In this document: positions 16,392 to 24,088 of the stretch, piece after piece
Numbering within the stretch: position 1 is the first letter of the stretch
How the letters are laid out: each line of letters opens with the position of its first letter
IMG/VR virus record: IMGVR_UViG_3300031963_000683
Location: 1-29,626 of that record
DNA length: 29,626 nucleotides
Reading direction: 5' to 3' (one strand)
Origin: a virus
Lineage: Duplodnaviria > Caudoviricetes
The notes under the pieces: generated by a model
What the model was told of the DNA's origin: nothing
Databases searched by the model: none
What the model saw: the letters and a program-made list of their open reading frames with translations, nothing else
Made by a program: the position numbers and the translations under genes

Positions 16392-16427
16392 AAGGCCCGA
16401 CTGGCAGAAACGCCGGTCGGGCCTTTT
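16392..16427 (+). terminator. Intrinsic terminator between convergent operons
   Basis: AAGGCCCGACTGGC-AGAAAC-GCCGGTCGGGCCTT stem-loop followed by a T run. Confidence 0.8.
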
Positions 16428-16451
16428 GCGTGGGCGGAAAAGAGCGGGGAA

Positions 16452-18863
16452 TCAGGACGTGCCGGGAGAGGGGCGCTCGACGGACACGCGATACGACTTG
16501 ATCTTGTGCCCGCCTGCCGGCGGCTGATCCTCTCGCCGGTCCAGATCCCCGCCGTCGACCAGGCCGTCCAGCATGTCGCGAAGCTCCTTTGCCTTGAGCC
16601 GGTTCTTGAGCGACTGGGATATTTCCCGAAACGTCATCCAGCCACGCCCCTGCAGTGCACGGATGACACGCTGCGCCTCGCCCTGGTGCTGCGTCTCGGC
16701 CATGTAATCGGCGGCCATCTCGACCGTCTGTTCCGCGGACCACCGTGCAAGCGCGATACCCCAGTCCATGTCCTCGAGCGTGACGCGCGCCGCGGCACCG
16801 TCGCGACCGATCGCCCTGATCGTGGCCATGCGCTGCGCCATTTCCGCCGAGCGGGTGAAGAACACCGCGTCCAGCTCGCGCCGCTCACACTCCTGCCCGA
16901 ACGCCATGTAGGCCTGGTGCGCATACTTGTCGTCCCATGGCACGACGATCGAGGGGCCGTCCGAGGCGGAGTTGTGTGACGTTGCGCGACTGAGCGGAGG
17001 CAGGGACGCGACGATCGCAACCAGCCCGTCCGTGATCGCATCCGGCACGGCAGTCTTGTCCAGCAGCGGCTCGCGCTCCTCAACACGGGCGTGCGTCGAG
17101 AAAATCAGGAAGCGATTGAGGAAGCCGTTGAAAACGTCCGCGCCGTCGAGGTTGGCGAAGAACTCCTCGTGCGTGGACACCCCGTAGATCGAGAGCGCCG
17201 GCGAGAAGATCGGCTCCCCTACCCTGCCCGCCCATTCCGGCGTGGCCATCGTGTCAAAGCTCGAGCCCCAGGCCGAGCGCAGGGTGCGGGTGATCGCCTT
17301 CTCGTGCGGCGAGGCCTTGCGCCCATTGATCCGGCCGAGATAGCCGCCGAACTCATCAATGCAGGTGAGCGTGAGCGGCTGGCGATTGAGACGCGAGACC
17401 AGCGCCGACATGGACATGAACTCGCCGGGCCCGACATGGGCGCCGAGGGTTGCCGCACGCAGCACGCGATCAATCGCCTTGAGCGGGTGATCCTTTGCCG
17501 CGCCAGACGGTGCCAGAAATAGCCCATACAGGTGCGTTCCGGTGCGTGTAGGGCCTGAAAACGTGCGCCCTGCAGCCGTTCCGACGATCTCCAGCGCCGC
17601 CATGAGCGCGCCGGCACGCTGAGGCTTGCGCGCCGTATCGCAGATCCAGTCCGTGATCGAGCCGACAAGGCCGGGTGCGCGGGTGAGCGCATCGGGAAGC
17701 TCGTTGCCGAACGTGGTGGGCGGGGCGTCTGCGTATTCAGGATGCTCGACCTTGAGCCGGTCCATAGCGGGCGCGACCACCGTGTCAGCGAACTCCTGCA
17801 GCGTGACCGGCGCCTTCACCCGCAAAGGCTCAGGCAGGTCGCTGTCAACCACCGTCGGCATATCCAGCGCGATCACCACGCTGTCGTCCTTCAGGCCCAG
17901 TCGCTCACGCAGCCAGTCCGTCGCCGCCGCTTGCTCGCAGTCCCGCGCGGCCATGACCAGGTCGATCGCCGAATAGGTCTCGTTCGTCCCAAAATCCTTG
18001 ATGCCATCCCGCTGGATCGACAGGTTGCGCTTGCGGTCCGGGATCGCCTGCCCGGTGCTGGACGCCCGCCATGTCGCGACCGCCTCAAACCCGCCGCGTG
18101 CAGGCCTGCATCCATACAGGTCGAGGGCGGGAACCCACTTGTCGAGATTCGCCAACGCCGCACTTTTTGTCTCAGACCAGATGTCATCGGGGTCAAGCTC
18201 GCCGCAACGGGGCGGGCGTGGCGCACGATCCTTGCCGGCAGACACACGCTCCCGCGACCACCCGCACACCTCCAGCGCCTCCTCCAGCGCCGTCATGTCG
18301 TCATCGGTCAACACGGGAAGCTCGTCCGCGCGCACGGGTCCGGCCAGCCAGACGTAGGGCTTGCCGGTTTCCGGGTGGATCGACGGCGGCACGACGGTCT
18401 GGCGCGTGTCGAACCCTGTCAGGCGATCGAGAAGGCGCCCGTCGGGCCCGTCATACGAGGCGGTCTTCAGCGTCTTGGGGGCCAGATAGAACCGGCTCTC
18501 GCCCTTCGCGCCACGCTTGACCATCGGGCTGGCCGGTGCAGCACGCAGCAGGGTGTCCAGCACGTCTGCGTCCTGAGCGTCAAAGTCCAGAACGACGACG
18601 TGCAGGTCCTTGCGCGCGACCGTGCCCATGAGCAGGCCGATGTTCGCGCCCGGCGCCTTGGACCACAGGCCGAGCTCAAACGCGGAGGGCGTGGTATCGC
18701 GGAACCGTTGCCACTTGGACATGCCCTGCCAGCCGCCCGAGCGATACTCGCCGGGGCATTTGCCGCGACCCTGATGCTGGGCCCAGTCGGCGGGGATCAG
18801 CGGCAGGACCGAGTAGCCGAGCGCCTGCAGGTCGGAGGCAGATGCGGAGAAGGGAGAACTCAC
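16452..18863 (-). CDS. Bifunctional primase-polymerase fused to a DUF3987-like helicase/ATPase domain
   Basis: GYSVLPL..GKCP..ANIGLLMG..VLDFD..QTVVPPSIHPETGKPY Prim-Pol motifs; APSGAAKD, IDEFG and GFLNRFL; GTG start with GTGA overlap. Confidence 0.88.
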   Translation of the reverse strand: MSSPFSASASDLQALGYSVLPLIPADWAQHQGRGKCPGEYRSGGWQGMSKWQRFRDTTPSAFELGLWSKAPGANIGLLMGTVARKDLHVVVLDFDAQDADVLDTLLRAAPASPMVKRGAKGESRFYLAPKTLKTASYDGPDGRLLDRLTGFDTRQTVVPPSIHPETGKPYVWLAGPVRADELPVLTDDDMTALEEALEVCGWSRERVSAGKDRAPRPPRCGELDPDDIWSETKSAALANLDKWVPALDLYGCRPARGGFEAVATWRASSTGQAIPDRKRNLSIQRDGIKDFGTNETYSAIDLVMAARDCEQAAATDWLRERLGLKDDSVVIALDMPTVVDSDLPEPLRVKAPVTLQEFADTVVAPAMDRLKVEHPEYADAPPTTFGNELPDALTRAPGLVGSITDWICDTARKPQRAGALMAALEIVGTAAGRTFSGPTRTGTHLYGLFLAPSGAAKDHPLKAIDRVLRAATLGAHVGPGEFMSMSALVSRLNRQPLTLTCIDEFGGYLGRINGRKASPHEKAITRTLRSAWGSSFDTMATPEWAGRVGEPIFSPALSIYGVSTHEEFFANLDGADVFNGFLNRFLIFSTHARVEEREPLLDKTAVPDAITDGLVAIVASLPPLSRATSHNSASDGPSIVVPWDDKYAHQAYMAFGQECERRELDAVFFTRSAEMAQRMATIRAIGRDGAAARVTLEDMDWGIALARWSAEQTVEMAADYMAETQHQGEAQRVIRALQGRGWMTFREISQSLKNRLKAKELRDMLDGLVDGGDLDRREDQPPAGGHKIKSYRVSVERPSPGTS

Positions 18864-19066
18864 CCCAGGCCCCCCACCGGAATCGTCCACGCCGACACGA
18901 TGCGATCGCCCGCGGCCTTGTTCGCCTCATTGACGACGATGAGACAGAAGGTAACGTATTCGTCCGCGGACAGGGTGCGCAGGTCGAACTTGCCCAGTGC
19001 GTCCAGGTGCGCGCCGCCGATCTCGGACGCGCGCTTGACGTCGTCGAGTGTGAGGTAGGGGGTCAT
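18860..19066 (-). CDS. Small protein (DUF6511-like)
   Basis: GAHLDALGKFDLRTLSADEY motif; typical neighbour of this primase type. Confidence 0.6.
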   Translation of the reverse strand: MTPYLTLDDVKRASEIGGAHLDALGKFDLRTLSADEYVTFCLIVVNEANKAAGDRIVSAWTIPVGGLG

Positions 19067-19587
19067 GCTGCTTGCCTCCCGAAAAATGTGGCGGTTGTGT
19101 TTGCGGCGGTGCGGTCGAACAGGTGCCACGCGCAGTTGTCCTTGCCGGTCATCTTGCTGTCGGGAATCCACCTCACGCGGCCAACCGACACGATGCGGCG
19201 GAGGCGGGCGAGGAACGGCACAGCCTGCCGGGTGTGAACCCAGTCGGCGTCAAACAGAAGCCATGTCGGGGCCTGATCCGACAGGTGAACGATCAACGGG
19301 TGCAGCACTTTCCGATCCCAAGGCGGGTTCGTGATGATGCAGTCCAGCGAAACGTACCGCAGCGTGAGCGCGTCGGCCTGAAGCATGGAGCGTTGCGGCT
19401 CAATGTCCGACTCCATGACGCAGACATGGCCGGCCGCCGTCAGGCTGTCGACCAGCGCGCCGTCGCCAGCGCAAGGCTCAACGAACCGCGTGCCCGGTGC
19501 CAAGTGCGCCAGCAGCGGGCGCACGGCCGCCTCCGGTGTCGGGTAGAAGTCGCGCGGGACGCGGGCGAAGTCGGAACGCTTGCCCAT
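19063..19587 (-). CDS. Orphan DNA amino-methyltransferase (N6-adenine type)
   Basis: DFYPTP, EPCAGDG SAM-binding motif, IITNPPW catalytic motif. Confidence 0.88.
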   Translation of the reverse strand: MGKRSDFARVPRDFYPTPEAAVRPLLAHLAPGTRFVEPCAGDGALVDSLTAAGHVCVMESDIEPQRSMLQADALTLRYVSLDCIITNPPWDRKVLHPLIVHLSDQAPTWLLFDADWVHTRQAVPFLARLRRIVSVGRVRWIPDSKMTGKDNCAWHLFDRTAANTTATFFGRQAA

Positions 19588-19757
19588 CACTGAACCCCCA
19601 CAATCTGACCATCAGCCAGCACCACACGCTTGCCGTCCGGCAGCGCCTCCCAGTATTTCACCTGCACGACGTCGCCCCGATCGGGCTTGACGTTCAGGAC
19701 GAACTCGCCGGTTCGCGTGACGTATCCGCCCGTGACTGTGGCGTTGAAGCGGGTCAT
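19587..19757 (-). CDS. Hypothetical protein
   Basis: MTRFNATVTGGY.. 56 aa; coupled on both sides. Confidence 0.6.
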   Translation of the reverse strand: MTRFNATVTGGYVTRTGEFVLNVKPDRGDVVQVKYWEALPDGKRVVLADGQIVGVQ

Positions 19758-20206
19758 GCGACGAACCTCCGCAGGGACCGCTCGAAATCCTTGGGCTTGC
19801 CCGTCGGGCGATAGACGATCGCGCGGTGGCCGGCGCAGTAGCTCGTCGCCCCGTCGCAAGGGTTGCAGCACGATTGCCCGTCGTCGAGAATCCACGAGCA
19901 CTCGCGCATGGTCCGCGACAGGAACGGGCGCGCGGCCATGATGTCGACCACCACCGGCACCGCAACCACGGCCTCGACACGCGGCGGTCTGGGCGGTTTG
20001 ACCACCTTGAACTTCTTGACGCGCTGAGGCTTGGGCGCGGCGGGGCCTCGCGTACCCCGGACCATCGCACCCTCGCGCTTCAGGCCCATGCGCCACAGCC
20101 GGCCGCACACGGCGTTCCGGGTCAGGCCAAAATATCCGGCGATCTCAGTCGCTGACTTGCCCTCGCGCCACAGATCGTGCGCAACGCCGTCGTTCCACGC
20201 GTTCAT
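19754..20206 (-). CDS. GcrA-like cell-cycle regulator
   Basis: LWREGKSATEIAGYFGLTRNAVCGRLWRMGL N-domain; CSW..C..SYCAGH C-domain. Confidence 0.85.
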   Translation of the reverse strand: MNAWNDGVAHDLWREGKSATEIAGYFGLTRNAVCGRLWRMGLKREGAMVRGTRGPAAPKPQRVKKFKVVKPPRPPRVEAVVAVPVVVDIMAARPFLSRTMRECSWILDDGQSCCNPCDGATSYCAGHRAIVYRPTGKPKDFERSLRRFVA

Positions 20207-20577
20207 GCCGACACCCGATCGTCGATCCAGGCGCGCAGCTCGGGGGCGAGGGTGTAGCAGCCGGTGCCGTATGCGTTGCTGATCCCGCCGGGCGCCTTGA
20301 AGTCGGCGAACCGGCGACGCAGTTGCGACAGGCAAACCTTGACGCTGGCGAGGTCGGGCCCGTCACCGCAGTCCCGCTCGAACACGTTGAGGTAAATCGC
20401 CGTCGTCGAGATGGGACGGGTCGCGCCCATCAGCAGCGCCAATGTGCCGGCCTGCTTGGGCGAGAGGCCGAAGGCGTGGCGAAGCTGTGTCTTCTGGTCG
20501 ACGGTGCCAGTCAGTTCGCTCAGACGCTCGCGCAGGTACTCGACCTCAGCGCGGAGGGATTCGATGGTCGCGGTCAT
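20203..20577 (-). CDS. OmpR/CtrA-type winged-helix protein lacking a receiver domain
   Basis: FGLSPKQAGTLALL..PDLASVKVCLSQLRRRF..ISNAYGTGCYTL; N-terminal coiled coil. Confidence 0.75.
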   Translation of the reverse strand: MTATIESLRAEVEYLRERLSELTGTVDQKTQLRHAFGLSPKQAGTLALLMGATRPISTTAIYLNVFERDCGDGPDLASVKVCLSQLRRRFADFKAPGGISNAYGTGCYTLAPELRAWIDDRVSA

Positions 20578-22202
20578 GCCGCTTGCTCCTGTGATTGAGT
20601 GAAGCGGCGCGAAGCAATGTTCCACCACTTTCCGTTTTTCTGAATTCCAATGAAGGCGGGCTGCGAAAGCTCGCTCCAACGCACCAGCGCGTCCTCGATC
20701 GTGTCCGGCACCGGCAATCGCCCGCCATGCGCAACCCACCACTTCTCAGCGCGGTATCGTCCGGGCCCGCTGTGTTGCAGCAGCACCCACTCGGGGTAGG
20801 ACATCAGCCCGGCCGAGTAGGTGACGCGCAGACTGTCCGGCGATCCGGCCTTGACGTGCCGACGCGCCATCCAGGTGACGACCGGGATCTCCTCCGGCGG
20901 CTGGTTGCGCAGATCCCGTGAGAGGATCGCGACGTCGTCCGCCTCAGCGTCGTGCCGGGCCTTGTCGAGCGTCCATTCGTGGCCACAGAAGGCGCAGGTC
21001 TGGGCGTTAAGCGCGGCGAGGGACTTGCAGGTCGGGCACTCCTTGGCGCGGACGTCCGTGACCTTCGCCGCGTCGGGCGCACCCTTCTTGCCCGGCCGAC
21101 GATCAACGGTGAGCGTGTCGACTGGGCCGAGGCGGCGGATCGTGCCGGTGTAGTCGAGCACGAGACAGTCCGCTTTGCCCTCCGCCAGTCGGGTGCCGCG
21201 GCCAAGCATCTGCACGAGCAGGCCGGGCGAGAGCGTCGGACGCAGCAGCGCGATCATGTCGAGGCCGGGCGCGTCGAAGCCGGTCGTCAGGACGTTGCAG
21301 TTGGTGAGGCAGCGCAGGCGTCCGGCACGGAAGTCGTCGATGAACCGGGCCCGGTCGCCCGGATGCGTCTCGCCAGAGATGACCTCGCACGACACGCCCT
21401 GCCGCACGAACTCGTCGCGGACATGGTGCGCGTGCTTCACGCCGGCGCAGAACGCCAGCCACGATCGCCGCCCCTCGCCGAGCGTGATGATCTCCGAGAC
21501 GGCAGCCTGGGTGACTGCGTCGTCATCTGCCGCGGCCTCGAGGGCGCCGGAGACGAACTCCCCTCCCCGCTTGGCCACCATCGACACGTCGATCTCGGTC
21601 GCGCCGGACTTGGACACCAGCGGCGACAGCCAGCCGTCGTCGATGCCTTTGCCGATGCCGTAGGAGAACACGATCTCGTCGAACAGGCGGTCCTTGCCGT
21701 CGTCGAGGCGACCCGAGTCCATGCGGAACGGCGTGGCGGTGAAGCCGGCGACACGCAGGTCCGGCCGCATCTCACGCAGGGCATCGAGCAGGTGCCGGTA
21801 CATGCCCTCGCCTGCCGACGGGACCAGATGCGCCTCGTCGATCAGGACCAGGTCGAACGCGCCGAGCTCCTTCGCCCGCCGATAGACCGACTGGATGCTG
21901 GCGAAGATGATCCGCTGACTGGTGTCGCGCCGGCCGAGACCGGCCGAGTAGATGCCGACAGGGGCTTGCGGCCAGAGGGAGAGCAGCGCCTTGGCGTTCT
22001 GGGCGACCAGCTCCCGCACATGCACGAGCATGAGCACGCGCATCTGGGGGTAGGCGCCCATGAGGCGCTGCGTCAGGTCGCCGATCGTGACGGACTTGCC
22101 GAGGCCGGTCGCCATGTCGACGAGGGGGTTGCCGCCGCCCCGTTCCCAGTATGAGAGGACGGAGTCGATGGCGGCGGATTGGTAGGGGCGGAGTTGGGTC
22201 AT
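20574..22202 (-). CDS. SF2 DEAD/DEAH helicase (RadD/YejH-like) with zinc finger
   Basis: LRPYQ, ATGLGKS, DEAH, TATP, LTTGFD, QMLGRGTR, CPTC..CAFC. Confidence 0.93.
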   Translation of the reverse strand: MTQLRPYQSAAIDSVLSYWERGGGNPLVDMATGLGKSVTIGDLTQRLMGAYPQMRVLMLVHVRELVAQNAKALLSLWPQAPVGIYSAGLGRRDTSQRIIFASIQSVYRRAKELGAFDLVLIDEAHLVPSAGEGMYRHLLDALREMRPDLRVAGFTATPFRMDSGRLDDGKDRLFDEIVFSYGIGKGIDDGWLSPLVSKSGATEIDVSMVAKRGGEFVSGALEAAADDDAVTQAAVSEIITLGEGRRSWLAFCAGVKHAHHVRDEFVRQGVSCEVISGETHPGDRARFIDDFRAGRLRCLTNCNVLTTGFDAPGLDMIALLRPTLSPGLLVQMLGRGTRLAEGKADCLVLDYTGTIRRLGPVDTLTVDRRPGKKGAPDAAKVTDVRAKECPTCKSLAALNAQTCAFCGHEWTLDKARHDAEADDVAILSRDLRNQPPEEIPVVTWMARRHVKAGSPDSLRVTYSAGLMSYPEWVLLQHSGPGRYRAEKWWVAHGGRLPVPDTIEDALVRWSELSQPAFIGIQKNGKWWNIASRRFTQSQEQAA

Positions 22203-24088
22203 GCGGCCTGCTCCAGCGACCGAACCGCCTCGACAGCCTGGATGCGCTCACCGATCCAGCGCATGCACGGAACCGCCATGCTGTTGCCCAGAGCCTTGTA
22301 TCGAGGGCCGTCAGCGGCGGGCTTTCCGCGATGCGGGACGGAGGTGTAGCCGTGGTGCGTCGTGAACCTAATCTCGTAGGAACAGCCGCTCCGCATTGCC
22401 TCGGGAATGAACCCAGCCATGGCAATCGCCACACAGCAGGACAAGGTTTCCAGTGTCGAGGCGAAGGTCGGGTCGTTTGACCCAAGTGGCGATGTGGTGG
22501 ACCTCGAACATCGGGTCAGGCCGTCGATGAACCACGCCGCATCGCTGGCACGTTCGGTGATCTCGGGCCCAGACAGAGCCACAAACGCGCTTCCATTCAG
22601 CGGATGAATAAAAGGCTTGGTGCTCTGTGGTGATTCCGCCCTTCCAATGCGGGTTGAGTTCGCCACGGCGGCGTTCATGAGCACAGCCAGGAGAGCAAAA
22701 GCGTCGCTCGGCATAGGTGGGAGAGACGAGCTTTCGAGTTCCGCAATGCTCGCAGACCAAGACGACTTTCCGGCACTGTGTAGCTGAAGAACCTGCCGCT
22801 CTAAGTCGATCAGCACATTGACGGCCACAGGTGCGCTTGGCCCGAGCGCGAGGGCTGCTGAACCCCTCGCCGCAGACGACGCAAGCGCGTGTTTCTCGTC
22901 CTCGCTTCTGCATACGAGAATCCTGAGCTCATTCGTGATTTCGGGGAAGCCCTGAAGGCGCTCGCATTCGCGGGGGGTTAGGCGGCGGACGGCGGAGCCG
23001 GCTGTGAGCAGGCTTTCCGCAGTGTCGGCGTCGGTCCCCTGCGGTCGGTTTCCGCCTGTGGCGTTCCCCCCGGCCCGAAGCGTGGGGCTTGCGCTGACGT
23101 GCGCCACCGCTTGCGGCACGGTCCGAGCTTCCAGCGTGTAGGCGGCATCATCTGACCTGAACCCAGCACCGTCAGGCCCGGCGTTCGGGTTCTCGCAGAC
23201 GGCGCGCTCCTGAATGGCGTAAGCCACCGCGGGCTGGACAATGTAATCCCCGCCCTGGTTTCCCCCCGTAGGCCCCGCAGCCATGACGGGCTGCGATACG
23301 TTCGTCTCCCGGCCCTTGAAGTCCTTGCCGCTGTTCATCGGCATGATGGAGAACGCCACAGGCACGATCGGCGTCCCGCGACCCGTCCCGTCCTCGCTGG
23401 CGTCGAAGCCCTCGCCCTTGAGGGTGTGGGCGATCAGGTGACCGGCCTGTCCCTGGTTGTCGTCCGCGCCACAAGTTCCAACGCCGTTTGCAGTGAGCGC
23501 GGCAACGCCCGGCCCCTTTTCTCTGCGCGGCGCAGGATTCCCCGACAGGCTGTGGCGCTCAAATAGAACCGCTGCGGCACGTCGCCAGTCTCCAAGGTAT
23601 CCGACAACGAACACACGGCGGCGGCGCTGGGCCACTCCGAAGAACTGAGCGTCAAGGACTCGGTAGGCGACGCCATACCCGAGTTCGACCATGCCCCCGA
23701 GAATGGCTCCAAAGTCCCGTCCTCCGTTCGATGACAGGACGCCGGGGACGTTCTCCCACACCAGCCATCGGGGCCGCAGTCGGTCAGCCAGCCTAAGATA
23801 TTCGAGGGCCAGGTTGCCCCGGTCGTCATCCAGTCCGCCTCTGAGCCCGGCGACGCTGAAAGACTGGCAAGGTGTTCCTCCGACCAAAAGGTCGATTGGC
23901 TCGTATTCGCCAGCCTTGATCGTGGTGAAGTCGCCATGAAGCGGGGTCTCCGGGTAATGGTGAGCAAGGACCGAGCGCGGGAACGCCTCGATCTCGGAAA
24001 AAAACGACGCCTTCCAGCCAAGCGGATGCCATGCGGCGGACGCGGCCTCGATGCCGGAGCAGACGGATCCGTAGGTGAGCGCACTCAT
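22199..24088 (-). CDS. C5 cytosine DNA methyltransferase carrying a ~196-codon in-frame insertion
   Basis: CSGIEA (I), GGTPCQSFS (IV), WENVPG (VI), QRRRRVF (VIII), RRLTPRECERLQGFP (IX), YKALGNSMAV (X); ATG 24088 by ATGA overlap. Confidence 0.92.
   Translation of the reverse strand: MSALTYGSVCSGIEAASAAWHPLGWKASFFSEIEAFPRSVLAHHYPETPLHGDFTTIKAGEYEPIDLLVGGTPCQSFSVAGLRGGLDDDRGNLALEYLRLADRLRPRWLVWENVPGVLSSNGGRDFGAILGGMVELGYGVAYRVLDAQFFGVAQRRRRVFVVGYLGDWRRAAAVLFERHSLSGNPAPRREKGPGVAALTANGVGTCGADDNQGQAGHLIAHTLKGEGFDASEDGTGRGTPIVPVAFSIMPMNSGKDFKGRETNVSQPVMAAGPTGGNQGGDYIVQPAVAYAIQERAVCENPNAGPDGAGFRSDDAAYTLEARTVPQAVAHVSASPTLRAGGNATGGNRPQGTDADTAESLLTAGSAVRRLTPRECERLQGFPEITNELRILVCRSEDEKHALASSAARGSAALALGPSAPVAVNVLIDLERQVLQLHSAGKSSWSASIAELESSSLPPMPSDAFALLAVLMNAAVANSTRIGRAESPQSTKPFIHPLNGSAFVALSGPEITERASDAAWFIDGLTRCSRSTTSPLGSNDPTFASTLETLSCCVAIAMAGFIPEAMRSGCSYEIRFTTHHGYTSVPHRGKPAADGPRYKALGNSMAVPCMRWIGERIQAVEAVRSLEQAA
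22352..22939 (-). mobile_element. In-frame insertion in the MTase, consisting almost entirely of an out-of-frame HNH gene
   Basis: Interrupts the normally contiguous LQGFP-x-x-YT; no intein blocks; boundaries uncertain by 1-2 codons. Confidence 0.75.
22368..22913 (-). CDS. Zinc-finger HNH endonuclease nested out of frame in the MTase
   Basis: CVVC..TCGRQC and CEHC..FCSPGC fingers, NPHWKGG, RDHRTCQRCG..EVHHI..NLVLLCGDCHGWVH; AGGA RBS 7 nt upstream. Confidence 0.9.
   Translation of the reverse strand: MQKRGRETRACVVCGEGFSSPRARAKRTCGRQCADRLRAAGSSATQCRKVVLVCEHCGTRKLVSPTYAERRFCSPGCAHERRRGELNPHWKGGITTEHQAFYSSAEWKRVCGSVWARDHRTCQRCGVVHRRPDPMFEVHHIATWVKRPDLRLDTGNLVLLCGDCHGWVHSRGNAERLFLRD
23434..23937 (-). 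CDS. Alternative-frame MTase partner polypeptide (EcoHK31I beta-like arrangement)
   Basis: +1 frame ORF with GGAGA RBS 9 nt before ATG 23937; ends in SLSDTLETGDVPQRFYLSATACRGILRRAEKRG. Confidence 0.7.
   Translation of the reverse strand: MATSPRSRLANTSQSTFWSEEHLASLSASPGSEADWMTTGATWPSNILGWLTDCGPDGWCGRTSPASCHRTEDGTLEPFSGAWSNSGMASPTESLTLSSSEWPSAAAVCSLSDTLETGDVPQRFYLSATACRGILRRAEKRGRALPRSLQTALELVARTTTRDRPVT

Noticed and set aside
22352-22939. MTase insert as a canonical intein or group I/II intron
   Set aside because: No block A/B/F/G motifs or terminal Asn, and the flanks outside the HNH ORF total only about 40 nt.
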